This document shows, in pieces, positions 46,757 through 59,799 of a stretch of 64,000 bases of DNA. The notes under the pieces are model-generated. The model had not been told where the DNA came from. It did no database searches and was given only the letters and a program-made list of their open reading frames with translations. Positions within the stretch are counted from its first letter, which is position 1. Every line of letters begins with the position of its first letter. The stretch spans positions 6,510,001 through 6,574,000 of the forward strand of contig OZ038378.1 of NCBI GenBank assembly GCA_964036045.1, written 5' to 3'. A program made the translations under genes and the position numbers. Source of the stretch: Eutreptiella sp. 'Long Island Sound 2002' (lineage: Eukaryota > Protista > Euglenida).

Positions 46757-47519
46757 CCCCCCCCCCCCCCTTGTATAAGCTACGCCCTTGTCCAAGCTAC
46801 AGTAGGCGTAGGGACCGTAATAATTGTGTACGTAATTTTAATTACGTACAAGATGTAGTGTGGCCACATAAGACATGGGTTTGTTGTCACGTTTGCCAAT
46901 TACATGGAGCCATTGACACTTGTGAATCTTTGCCCACTTCAACCCACATGGCTCTGAATTTGAGAATATTTGAGCTTTATATTTCCCTTTCTTACATCAG
47001 CTCACCATGCAATCTTCTCTTTTTGAACCTGGGCGTCCAGTTATTTTCACATGTTCCACCGGTGACCGTGGGATGGTACGTTAAAGGGACCATCGGAGAA
47101 GAGGGACCAATTTGCAGTGTTGGAGTACATGAAGGGTGGACAGATGGTTACACACCCTTGTGCCCCCCTCCCAAGAATCGAGTTCAGGCATCTTCAAGTG
47201 GTGAGCATGTGCAATTGTTCCGCATGGTGTATGATCGCAAGAAGGGTTTCCAAGCCGAACATTTGTAGGCTTCGCATCCTTCATTGCTTGTGCCAACATG
47301 GGTGTGAACCTGAAATTTTCATGTTCCCAAGGCTTTCTTGTGTTTGCATGCACGTGGAAATGTGCGTGGAGGTCAAGGTGCACTCATACCATGCGTATGC
47401 GCACGTGTGTGCCAGTAGTTGTATGTGTTGTGCACAAGCCACGCCCTTGTCCAAGCTGCAGTGGGCGTAGGGACTGTAATAATTCCGTACATTGGCGTAG
47501 CTTATACAAGGGGGGGGGG
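46757..47519. mobile_element. MITE with poly-C/poly-G ends and TIR CTTGTATAAGCTACGCC
   Basis: Perfect inverted repeat 46770-46786 / 47494-47510 extended by C and G runs; possible imperfect 5-bp TSD tcttg/tcctg. Confidence 0.75.
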
Positions 47520-48710
47520 TCCTGTGGTGTTCCCTTGAGGGACACACCTTACCCGTGTGAAGGTCACAAGATGGAGGCTGTACATTACCCCGGACCTACC
47601 GTCCAAGTGCGCTTTGTGGATGCGACTCTTGTTGGGGGCTGCTGCACACACATAGGGCCGGAACACACCACGAGAGGACGACTAGGAATGCATCAACAAA
47701 TCGATCACTGTGTGTTACGGGAAACTCCGGTGTTGATGTGTATCACCCAATCCCGAAGACAAAAATCTGTGGGAGCAAGTGCTTTACAAATCCAAAAAGC
47801 AAAAAGCCAAGACAAAGACACTACCACCTATGGCAGAACAGACCGAAGACCGCACGACTTGCATTCGTCCCCAATTTGGGGAACTGAGAAGGAAGGGGTT
47901 ATCTAGCCATGTTCATTCCTCCCAACCTTCGAAACCTCGACAAGCCAATGGTGATCATAGGCACTTTGATTTCTCCGTGCTTTGGGCAACCCGACAAGGC
48001 AACAGTACGCAGCTCACCACATGCCCCTCGTAATAGAAAGCCACGAAAGAGTGTGTGGATTTTAGAGAAGGTGATGGAGCCTCACTTTGATTTCCAAGTG
48101 CCTGAGCTGGATCTTACGCAATGAACAGCGATTGTCCCCCCTTTGCACTTGTCCGATGTGAATTTCACAAGGTTCGGCATGGGTCTGTCTCAATCACACG
48201 AATTGTGATTATGAAACGTGTGTATACTGACCACAAACGCGTCCGTCCCAGGGCATACAGCATTTTGGGGCACAATTGTGGTGGGAGATTCACTTACTTA
48301 TTGACCGCCACTGAATGCCCCTACTTCGTACTCCTTTTTTTGCATTTTTCACCTCAGCATCATCATAGTGGAGTGGCCACACACCTCGGTGCACGGCCTA
48401 GGGGGTCGGGCTCGAGTCCCAGCTTGTGCGCGTGGTGACATGGTAAATGAAAATCTTGCGCCCATTGGTGAGCAATAACGTCTAGCCTGGCAGCAAGTCG
48501 TAGGGAAACCTACACTACATTGTTGCTTTTTCATCCATACACGGTGACTGCAGGGTTTCAAATTGTTGCTCGTTTCTGCTGCGATTCCTCATGCCCCTGA
48601 GAGCTTTACAGCAAAGGACGCTCGCTGAGCACAGTCATAGCTTGTGATTCCCTGGATACTGTGCTGTCCTTTTCATCGAATACTTTCCTACTGATTGCCT
48701 TTGGCGTGAC

Positions 48711-49350
48711 CAGACCTTTGCTTAAGGGTAGTCCTACCCCACGGGGGGGGGGGGTGGGTGGGTGGGTGGGTGGGTCTGTGGCCTGTGGGTGGGTGGGTTA
48801 GTTTGGTTTGGGCCAATTTGGCCCAAACTGCCTACCCCCCCCCTGGGGGGGGGTTAGGGTCTGGGTGGGTGGGTGGGTGGGTGGGTGGGTGGATGGGTGG
48901 GTCAATTTTCACTGAGAGAACAGTGGTAGAAAGTGACAAAATTTTCCGGTCTGCAGGTAGTCGGAATTGAACCGACGCTCTCCCAGTGGTAAAAAGTGAC
49001 AAAGATTTCCGGTCTGCAGGTAGTCGGAATTGAACCGACGCTCTCCCAGATTGACAGTGGAGCGATCAACCACTAGGGTAACCACCAATTCTGCTGTACC
49101 ATCTCTCAAAGACGGCATAGTGACAGAATGACACAAATTTTTTTGGCCACATACACAGAGTTTTTGTGTTAGCAGCTGATTCTTACAGCACACGAGCACC
49201 CCCCCCCCCCCCCCTACGGGGGGGGGTAGGGGGGGGTCTGGGTGGGTGGGTGGGTGGGTCAGCTTGGGTGGGTGGGTGGGCTGCCTGGTCCTGAGGCAGC
49301 CCTACAGGGACCCCCCGCCCCCCCCCCCCCCGTTGCTAAGCAAAGGTCTG
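48711..49350. mobile_element. hAT-like MITE, CAGACCTTTGCTTA family, copy 1 (tRNA-like module and GGGT tracts inside)
   Basis: 14-bp TIR; perfect 8-bp TSD GGCGTGAC; internal 63-bp tandem duplication at 48921-49049. Confidence 0.9.
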
Positions 49351-50004
49351 GGCGTGACAGCATTTGCTGTACTTGATGGTGTACCCTTTCAGCAGGTATG
49401 CAATGCACCAGTCCCGGTTCAACACATTTATCCTGTGGAGACTACTTGTTGTCAGGCTTTGGTTACACTTGATTCCAGGGTTGATCGTGAGCACTTTCAT
49501 TCGTTCATGCCTGTCGGCATGGGCCGCACACTTTGAAAGTCGAGCAAAAAAAATAGCACCAAGCCTTTCATTCACTCACCTGTGCTTTGACTAGCTCCAC
49601 CTTCTCTGGCGTTGGCACACAAAAAGTTGCAAGGTATTTGTGAAATTGTGTCACAGATGTATGATGCGCGAAGCTTTTTATTGTGGACTTGCCTTGTGTG
49701 TGACACATGACCTGCCACAAGAATGATGCAAATGTGCAAGGGGTTCCAACAGCTGTATTCCAGTCATTGAGCCCCTCTTTTCCTTATGGGAATAGCCCTG
49801 GGCATGCAGTAGCATCAGAGTGATAGGATTCTTGTGAAGATAGCGGGTAGGCTCTCTGAAAGACTTGTTGTATCTTTGACCAATTGTCTAAAGCGCTGTA
49901 AACAGACCTGCACTGTATCTTACTGTACTGGACAGCCATAAGAGATTCTCACATCTGCATTCACCTGTCTTCCTCAGATGATGCACACGTGACTTGCTGG
50001 CTAC

Positions 50005-53000
50005 ATGGCCTGGAAAGCCAGGTTAGAGGCCCAGACAAAAATGCTGGCAGACTGTCATTGGGAACGGCGGCAGGCAGATATTGACAGGCAGGTGCAGCAT
50101 GATCAGCAGGTCACTGCACTGGAGAGGGAGATAGTGATGCTGCGGGCAAGTCTTCAGGTGGCTGAGAATACCATTCAACAGCTTACAAACGAGAAAAGGA
50201 CACAGAAAGCTGTGCAGGGCACACTGATGGACGCTGCTGCATTATGCAGAGAGGAGTTGGAGCATTACAAACAACGAGAGCAGTCACAGTCCGTTGAAGT
50301 GCAGAGGCAAATGGAGAAGAATATGCAGCTAACAACTGTCATTGACTCCATGATCCAAGAGGTGTGCCCCCCCACCCCCCCCACCGCGGCAAAGTGGGGC
50401 GAGCACAAGCAACCTTGGAAAGAGGCTGACTCCTGGCCAGTGTGCATGCCTAAGCTGATGGAGTCCAACAGATCCAGCAGGAGAATCCTGTAGAGAGGAA
50501 GGCGTGGGACAGGGGAAGACAGGCTGCTGAGAACAGGGCAGGGATGAACAGGCGGATGTTTGCACACCGCAAACAATCCTTGTGGCAGTCTGAAACGGAC
50601 AATGAAGCCGTGAAGCGGGCATGGTTCGAGCCTTGGCGGATTGCCTGACCAAACTGCCCCCCCCCTTTTTAGCACATTGTGGCAAGCCGAAGGGGTCTGG
50701 TGTCCACGGTTAAGGTTTGGTGAAGCCTACTGACGCTTCCGCACTTCGCACTTCAGTTTGTAGGGATTCTTTGTGTGTTCTTCTTTCGGTGGCTAAACGT
50801 GTATCCCGCACCACTCATGGGATGCAGTTGCTCTGCCCTCCGCTCCAGTTGCACACCCATTTATTTGTGAGTCTTGACCATGAAGCAGAGAGCGTCTTCG
50901 TGAATGTTGGTTTCTGTTGGCCTTACGAAGACCTTTTTTTTTTTTTTTTTGCTCTTAAGGAAACCCCTGTGTACCACAATGCAACATGGGGGATTGGTTG
51001 TTTCGCCTGTCTTGACTTGTGGATTATGATGTCGCCCACGAATGGTTGTGATGCCCTGGTGCAGTCCTGCTCTTGGACTGTGGGTGTGGTGCAGAGGGTC
51101 CGGGGTTCCTGGCCTTTTTGGGGGTGGTGAGCTGTCGGGGTGGCTGGATGTACTGGTCAATGCCCTCGTCACCTAGACCCACACCAGTCGGACAATGTCA
51201 ACCTCCTCAAGGCCAGAAGAGTATTTGGTCTTGAGTGTGAGTTATTACGAGACCTTTGTCTCAGGTAGATCCCACTGGAGTGGGGGCAAGGATTGGGCTA
51301 GGCTGGAGCGTTCAGTGGCCCACGGGTAACCCCAGCCTCGACTTTGCGCCATTGAACTCGAAGCATTCATCTTTGCTTCAGCGGATGGTGACTGCGGCCC
51401 AATGGCCGGAACTCATTCACTCAATGTTTACTTTCTTAGTGGAGGAGAGGTTGCAATTTCGCGGGACCAAGCGCATACTTTCTCCTTTGTTGAGGGTGAT
51501 GGTGGCAACAGATCAATGTGCACCCTCCCACCACCACCAAATGGCTATTCAATGGTGGTTTCTTCTTCTGATTGTAGGTTTTGGTGTTTTGGGGTTGAAA
51601 GAGCACTACTCCCGGCTGTCAGCGCCCAGACCTTTGCTTAAGGGTAGTCCCACCCCACGGGGGGGGGGGGGGGGGTGGGTTGTGGCCTGTGGCCTGTGGG
51701 TGGGTGGGTTAGTTTTGTGGGGCAATTTGGCCCAAAGTGCCTACCCCCCCCTGGGGGGGGGTAGGGTCTGGGTGGGGTGGGTGGGTGGGTCCGCATCCTC
51801 CTTTGTGCATGAGAACACAATTTTCACTGAGAGAATGGTGGTAAAAAGTGGCAAAAATTTCCGGTTTGTAGGCAGTGGGCTTTGAACCAACGCTGTCCAA
51901 GGTTGGCACTGCAGTGATCTACCACTCGGGTAACTGCCAGTTCTGCTGAACCTCTGTTCAAAGATAGCATAGTGACTGAAGGACAAAATTTTTTCTGGGC
52001 AAATATACAGGGTTTTTGTGTTACCAGCCGGTTGTTACAGCACAGTCTGGGTGGGTGGGTGTGTGGGCTGCCTGGTCCTGAGGCAGCCCCAGAGGGACCC
52101 ACCGCCCCCCGTTGCTAAGCAAGGTCTGGTCAGCGCCTGCAGCACTGGCAGCACACCTGTAGTGCACAAAAGCAACCTTGAGAGCTCATACACATAAGAG
52201 GCACCGTTTGTAAAGAAATGGTGGATAAGTGTGGGGGAAGTTTTGCAGATCGGTCTTGGGCTGGTCAAAATTAGGTGGCAATGAGGTGGCCCTAACTGCT
52301 AGCACAAGATGCTGTAAGAAGCAGAGCCCTTCTTATTTTGGATACCTGGACATGGATCAACCCACACCCCCACCTTCATCAGAAAACTTTTCCTCAGGGC
52401 AAAAATCAAATTTACCCAAGAAGTCAGCCCTCCAACCCACCACCCATGGTTGGACTTCCTTGATTAACAAAGGAAGGGTACACAGAAAGTTGGATCCTGG
52501 GAGGAGTTCAAACTTCATGGACGCAGAGGCCTTGGAGGACGAGTGGATATGACCGGTGGCCCTCGCCACTCACAGTACTATGCAATGGCATTTGTTATGC
52601 AAGCCAGGGGCGGCCCAGTTGTGGGCTTTTGGATGTTTGGGGACGTCCCTGCTATTGGCGGGGGGGTGGCAGTCACCACACGTGGCCAACCACTACGCCA
52701 ACACACTACACATGCGGCGTGTTTTCCGCAACGTGGAGGTGCTGGTACCCAGCATCATGGGCCGGAATTTGCGGGTGGAGACGAGAGAATGGCCAGTGAT
52801 TGCGTGGTGGGCATCCGGGATTCGAATGGAGGTCCACGCCAACATGGCAAAGGCACAAGCAGACAGAGCGCCGCTGGGAGGAGAGTCCACACTAGCGAGA
52901 AAGCAAAGGAGGAGGTCGTTGCCGAATGACGGTACATTCATGTGTGGGAATGGAGATGGAGATTATGACTCAAAAGGGGAGTGCCGGTTCCTGGTGCGGG

Positions 53001-56000
53001 ATCATTGAATTGGAGCATGTGGAGAAGGAGGGGGGTCCTGCCAAACAATTGCGAAAGGCTGACGAGGATGTGTCCCATTGTGGTGTGCAGGATTGTTGAG
53101 TGACGGATGGTGCAGCAAGAGACCGTTGCTAGAGGATGGTAAGAGTGGGCCCCGGGGGTGCCACTCCGCAGGTCCTAGGACGCCAACTACCCCCCCCCCC
53201 CCCTTTCGGGGGCCTCCGGCCAACAATTAGTTGTCAAAGGTGCTGGCCTTAGGAGTTTATGAGCACCAAAGGCACCCGAAGGAAAATTTTGTCCACTTTG
53301 CAGCCCAACACTATCCTTAAACCCAACCCTTGCCCTAGCGCCCACCCCAACCCTAAGCCTAGTCCTGACCCCAACCCTACCCCTACCCCTAATCAAGACT
53401 GAATATTGGGACCGAGCTGGTGGGGGAGGGAACATCAGCTATGACTGGTGAGGGACATCAAGAATGATTCACACATTGATGGCTCTTGACAAAGTGAAAT
53501 CAGCTTGCAAGTGAACCCCATCACCACGAGGCCCACTTTCAAGGCTTTTTGGACTTCTGAGGGGGCAAAATGCCCCAAAATGGGCTCAAAATGGACTCAT
53601 TTCACCCGTTTGTGCACCCCAAATGGTCTAGGATGAGGTTTGGAAAAATGCGTTTTTGACCCATTTTTGACCCATTTTTGGTCCCAAAACAGCCCATTTT
53701 CAAGGCATTTTGGGATTTTCGGAGGACCAAAATGGGTCACCACAAGCTCAAAACGGTCCAAAATCACTTGTTTTGGCGTCGCACATGGTCTAAGATCATT
53801 TTTGAGAAAAGTCATCTTTTTGCCCCTACTGGACCCTTTTGACCCATTTGGGCACCCACCTGTTTGGGCTTGAGCTTGCAGCTTGCTGCCGCCGAGTGGG
53901 CCTAGGTATTGGGGTCTAGGCATCCGTTTGGGCAATTCTGAGGGGTGGAAACTACAAAAAGTGGGGGGTTGCGGGTGGAGTAGGTGCCCTCGGAATCGCA
54001 TTTTGAGCCTTGTAGCCAAAGATATGGCCTATTTTTGGTTTGTGGTTGTCGGCATTTGGCGCTTTTGGGGGCCTTTTTGGGCCGTTTCCGGGACATATCA
54101 TGGAGTTAGAGGGCCGCAAAGAGCTCGTTGACACGGGGAAGTCAAGCCGCATGTGGAGTGTACCCACCGTTTCCCTTCGTTTGGCCGTTTTGAATGTGTT
54201 CTAGGGCTTTTTTGGCCCAAAAATGGCTGTTTTTGGCCCTAAACTGCAGTTTTTGAAGCTGAGGTCCGCCACTTGCGAATCCCGTTCCCGGCCGCCACCG
54301 TTGAGTTTCGTGCTCAAACTTTGTGTGATTGTACTTCACACCCATAGGGATCATCCACCAAATTTTCAACCAAATCCAAAGCACCACGACGGAGATCTGA
54401 TTTTTACCCATTTCGCGCGTGCTGCTGCTTGCTTGCTTGCTACTGCTGCTTGCTTGCTGCTGCTGCTGCTAAACCTGGTAGGTCCACCCTAGACACTAAA
54501 AAGGGTTATAAAACCAAGACTGGTTCCACCAGCTCGGTGACCCTAGCCCTAGCCCTAACCGTAACCCTAGCCCTAACCCTAGCCCCAGCTCTAAACCTAG
54601 GCTAGGGTTAGAGTGAGTGTTGGGGTCCAAATGGAGAGCAATGATGTGGGAAAAAGAGCCATGATCTTGCTCGGCCTAATCAACATGGCTAACATGGCCG
54701 AAGCAGCTCGCTACAAAGGTTATGGTTAGGTTTAGGGTAATGGTATGGTTATGGGGCGCGCAAGGGGGGTTAAGGGGAGCCTGTGATTGACCAACGCTTG
54801 GCCTTGGGGGCATGTACCCCCCAATTTGCCCCACTTGGACCCCCCCCCCCCAACCGACCCTCCCGGACCTCCCCCCCAAAGCCCCTCTCAGACCCCCCCC
54901 CCCATCGCCCCTCCCAGAACCCCCCCTCCCAACCCCCCCCCCCCCTTAGGGGGCTTTGGCCTTTTAGTCATAAATGGTGGGGAATGTACCTTGGAGTGCA
55001 AGGTTCATGGCTAACCGGCGCCTATGGGAGGGGGAAGAGCTTACCCAGATGGCCCATGGAACATTCGACCGCCGTCTTGTGCGGCGACCTCAAGGCAACA
55101 TTCGGCACTCGTGTGGTTTGCGCTGTAGTGTAGCAAGGCAAAACAATGTACTATGAGTTGTGGCTATGACCATATGCCTGTGTCAGGGGGGCATGTGTGA
55201 GCCCAGTTTCCGTTGCTCATGGCCTAGGGGGCCTCCAGCCAATGGTTAGTGGGGGGGGCTGGTTGGCGTCCAAACCCGAGGAGTCACACCCCCGGTGGAG
55301 TGGGGTGATCGTCGAGTGTTGGCATTGGCTGAGAGTATTGCTTCACAAGATGGTGTTTTGGAGTTCGCAAGACTCAGATTGACGGTGGCGGCGCCTGTCT
55401 GATGGGGTGCAAGAGATGGGAGGCTCCGAGGGAGCACCCGACGCGGCGCGGAGGTTTAGCTGTCCAACCCGACCTAGATTAACAAGTGGCTAGGCCGGAA
55501 GAGCAATAATTTCCCTCTGCTGTTTGGACAAGGGAAGGAAAAAATCGACATAGCAAGGAGACCCCAAACTAGGGTGGTGGTTGCTCCAAAGGGGCCATCT
55601 GATGTATTTTTACTTTGGGAGGCGATGGTTAGGGCAAGATGGAGCGATGCACACAAACGTCTTATACCCAAGGGTCTAGTTTCCTTAGGGGGCATTTTGT
55701 GATGGGGTAAACGCCAACCCATTCTTGGTAACCCACCGTAAAAGTAGCGTGCGGCGCAAATACCCCCCCTCTGATGGTGAGCTGCGGGATTTAGTGAACA
55801 CTTTGGAGGTGAATTTAAGTCAAGGTGTGCGTGAGTGTAGTTTAGAGACATATTGCTAGGTTGAGGAGATGCCTTTGGCGGTGGATCCGGTTCTGGCGGC
55901 ACGGGGTCTCGGTGAGTTCGGTAGTGTGTAGGGGTGGCAAGTACACGGTGGAACCAATGTGTACCGGTGGATGTGGAGTCTGTCTACAAGGAGTGGGGTT

Positions 56001-57585
56001 GGTGAGACGGGGGTATGGAGGTTGTGGAGATGATTGAAGAAGTTTTGGTGGCCATGCTTGAGGTGGTAACCATGGAAGCACCGCGAGTTTTGTGCTGTGC
56101 ATGCATGGGGGAGAATAGTGAATGATGTGAATGGCACCGGCTTTGGAAAAATGTGTTTTTGACCCTTTTGTGACCCTGTTTTGGTCCCAAAATGACCAGT
56201 TTTTCAGCCCGTTTAGATCTTTTTGGGTTCAAACAGGCTAAATACACGTGTTCACGTGTTCAAGCTTCAAGCATCCCAAGTGGTCTTGGAACAAGTTTGG
56301 AAAAAAATCACTTTGGACCACTTTTTGACCTGGCAACCAACAACAACCCTCTAGATGCCCCCAAGAAGTGACAACAACCATCTCGATGCCTCCACAATGT
56401 GACAGCATCTATCCAAATGCTTCCACAAAGTAGTTGCACACATCTAGATGCTGCCGAGAACCAACAAGAGAGTAGTCAAAAGAGGTCATTTCAAGCCATG
56501 GGGCTCGCTAGAGTCCAGAACCTTGTGCAATGACGATCCTAGCTTGAGGGACGGTGGGGAGCTTGCAAACCTTGCATGCAGCTTGGAGCGGGATGGGGCG
56601 CCATTTAGGGGTGTGTGGCCAGCAGTGGTGTCCTAGGGAGTGACGGAAAAGAGCACCTGACAGCTCATCTACGTTTGGATAAACGCCGATTTGCACCTCT
56701 GTGCCAACACACAGCTCCCCTAGGCCACGTTAATTTTGTAGCATGGGTAGGTTGCACTGAGTAGTACAGTACAATGTGCCAAAGGATAGTGATAGAAGGC
56801 AACTTAGAATCACAACTGTGACATACAACGGACACCGCCCTCAATTGGACTGCACAAGGGACATCCATGCATGCATGAACCAACAAGTCCCCCCCACGTC
56901 CCCCTTGGTGTACAGCATGTGGATACTCCTTGTATCCACGAATCCGGACCTGCGTGTTGTGATAGGGCAGTGCCCACCAATTCCTTCACTACTTGTATCC
57001 CCGGGGCCTATAGGTCTCCCGTCACATGCCGATGGAACCAAAGTGCAATTTTATTTGCATCCCAAGCATGGAACTAGCCTGGCAGCCCCAGTGCAAGATC
57101 CATGCGGAGCTTCTGGCGATGGGTAAGACACCATGCCAATGCATACCACAGGGTAACAGCAACTCCCCCCACCCCTTGCTGTAGGCCAGGAGAAGTACAG
57201 GTGCTGTGCAGAAACCTGCGCTTGCTTCCTGCATGTGCTCGGTGATCAAATCATCCAGAATTATGGATGCATGGTTCTGAGTGTTGCTTGCTGCTGCCTG
57301 CTGTGATGTGGCTAATCCTGCTCATGTCCATTGCATTGTGGTACGTCATGATCGCAGAGAGACCAATGGATTATGGACAGAAAGCAGGATGAGACCAATC
57401 GCACTTGCCGGCGTGAGGATCGGCTGAAGGCAGTCATGGAGCAAGTGGTGCAGCTGCAGGACAGTGTCACACAGCTGCAGCGCCTCACAGGTGACTTGAA
57501 GGAGGAAAATAGCCTCTTGAAGGAAAACAATTCCAAACTGGTGGAGCTGCTTAGCCACACCAAAGGGCTGCAGGACCTGGGAACT
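50005..57585 (+). CDS. Coiled-coil protein, partial model: exons 50005-50361 and 57358-57585 (ends uncertain)
   Basis: Heptad-rich translations (VTALEREIVMLRASLQVAENTIQQL; VVQLQDSVTQLQRLTGDLKEENSLLKENN). GAG|gtgtgc donor and cgcag| acceptor are both phase 0 across a 7-kb TE-filled intron. Confidence 0.7.
51627..52128. mobile_element. hAT-like MITE, CAGACCTTTGCTTA family, copy 2
   Basis: Colinear with 48711-49350; flanked by a 9-bp direct repeat GTCAGCGCC. Confidence 0.85.
52290..52900 (+). pseudogene. Decayed non-LTR retrotransposon fragment
   Basis: SPSYFGYLDM (YLG-like) followed by LAGGWQSPHV (GGxGxP-like); weak. Confidence 0.3.
53263..54830. mobile_element. Telomere-like-tract element, copy 2, split by a 1.1-kb insertion
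   Basis: 53263-53393 and 54540-54830 align in order to 11071-11460. Confidence 0.7.
53411..54538. mobile_element. TIR element nested in the CCCTAA-like tract
   Basis: 13-bp inverted repeat ACCGAGCTGGTGG / CCACCAGCTCGGT. The interior (tttggaaaaatgYgtttttgaccc...ttggtcccaaaa) is shared with ~56139-56330. No clear TSD. Confidence 0.6.
55500..55800 (-). pseudogene. Decayed non-LTR RT N-terminal relic
   Basis: PPKETRPLGIRRL (PK...RPxxL motif) followed in another frame by CYVDF; weak. Confidence 0.3.
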
Positions 57586-59799
57586 GTACGGATTACAGAC
57601 CTTGAGCTGCCCCTGCACAGTCATTTAGTCCATAAGCCTGTGCACTGTCACCGCCAGCACAGTACCAGATGCAGCCACAAGCAGCGCTGCCACAAAATGG
57701 GCACGAAGACCTACACAAAGACCGCTGCCGAGGGCTAGGAATGCGGACTTCCAGTACGTATTTGGCATGTTCTGAGGTTCTGACCGGAGAATTGGTCTCA
57801 GGAAGAGGCCCCGCCTCATGCCTCATGAGAACTGGTACCTTCCCGCCCAATTTCGGATATGTTGCAAACCGCCCTCTTGCCTCTGCAGCTGCCGGCAACC
57901 GCCTGCAACTGCCACTCGCCCCCGTAAACCCCCCAACCCTCCTCCTTCAAGGAGCATGGCATGTGAAGCCCTCCCAAAGGCCACTCAGGGGGTACTCTGA
58001 TTTGGGATGGGGGGCGGCGGCGACCTGCCAGTGGTGGTAGCCCGAGCTAAGTTTTGTTTTGGGGGGGGGGGGGGGTGGCAGGGGGGCTGGCAGAGGGGGA
58101 AGGGCTTGAAAGGACTGGGAATGGGACCCATAATGCCTTGCCCCAAACCCATTTCCTGGTGCCCAAAGGATTGCGAGAATGATGGAGCAAATCAGTGTCA
58201 GGCTCGTACACGGGCTCGTACACGCTGTGACAGTAGCCACCCCTACGTCACCATTGAAGCCCATGAAAATAGGGGGAAATGGGGGAAATGGGGGACATGA
58301 AAAAATGGGTTGCAGAGGGACGGGGAAATGGGGGGTCAAACTGCCCCCCCCTCCCCCCAGGACCCTCCCTTTTGAGTTTGCCTGGCATGGGGGTTGATCC
58401 CCTTTGAATAGAAGTGGGAATGCGTTGCCTGGGGTGCGTTTGATGGCGCGTATGGTCACACTGGCATTTGCCGCATGCAGTGCAGCCATGACATGTTCAC
58501 TGCAGCAGAATACACCCTGCGTGCGGGACCAGGCCTTGCCGAAAGAGGGGGAGGGCAACTCCGCGTGTACGGCCCAGTCCTTGCGAACACATTGCCTCGC
58601 CGCCTGGTGGTCTTGGGACAGGGATGGTGCTTCCACAAATTCCAGAGGACATGAAGACCGTGCATTCGAGCTACATCCGCTTGAGCTTCGATGGTGCTGG
58701 GAGGGCTGCATGCATGTTTTGCCATGGCATAGAACCCCCCCCCCCCCCTCCCCCCCACCCCAAACATGAATTGGTGCTGGCCCCCGTATCACGGGGAGAA
58801 TCTGCGCGAAGTCGAGGATGCAGGTATCTGCCAAAGCGCAAGACGTTGGTGCACCCGTTTTTTTTTCTATCCAAAATAACACCGTGCAAAGGCAATGGCA
58901 AATGACTGATTTCCACAATGAATGTTCTTTTACTCATTTACATTGCTACTACAACTGTGCCCTGTCGGGGGGGGCGCGACGATATTTGATGCCTTTCCCT
59001 TTCGGTGGATCTGGACAAAGGGTTTGGTTGCCACATTGGGTAGTCTCTGGACCTTGCAGATGCAGGGCGATGCAGATGGGGGAGGAGGCAGAAGAAAGAT
59101 GGAGCGCGGATCCGGCAGGATGGAGGGCCAAGCAGGTGACCCATGGCTTTCAATGTGTTGTGCCCTGATGCTGTGAAATTAGCAGTTGGAGCACCTGCAT
59201 TTCTGTGAAAAGGCTGGCCGTTGGACATTGTCCACGGTGAGATTCAAACATATTTCACAGCATAAGACGATCAAAGGCACTTTTACAGCTTGACCCTGGG
59301 AGACAGGGTGCAATCCAGTTCTTACCCGATCCCAACATTCTCTCAGAAGCTCTCCGAAACCCACAGTAAATGCTCAAGGTGACGGTGGTGGTGCAGGCTT
59401 TTTCAGATCTCCCGCCTGCTCTTGATGCTCCCGATGCCCCTGCAAGGATCCAAGCCCGGACTTCGGAGAGCCCGGGCTTCGGGTCTTCACCTTTCCTTTG
59501 GATTTCCCTGCTGTTTCCAATGCTCAGAGTGTGAGCTGGCAGAACGAACTGGGAACCGCACTCAGACGATGGCACCGTTTGATAACGTTTTGTCCAGCAA
59601 GCATCGGGGGAATTAGACATTGGCAGCAGCGATTCATGTTCGTTTCTTCTTCCTGGTTGACCGGTGTTTGGGCCTGCAACCTCATTGCTTGCTAATCCGA
59701 CCCGAATCAAGATCAGCCAATCAGAGCCCCTCTGACCATTGGCAGCCAAGCAAGTTTGACACGCTTCGTCGTGACACCTTCAGCCCCTCTCCCCGTGAT

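Noticed and set aside
54540-54780. True telomere or chromosome fusion point
   Set aside because: The hexamers are degenerate and embedded in a unique sequence shared with 11071-11460, so this is a dispersed repeat.
58540-58690. RNase H-like IRLSFDGA motif
   Set aside because: A single short motif in broken frames; insufficient to call a feature.
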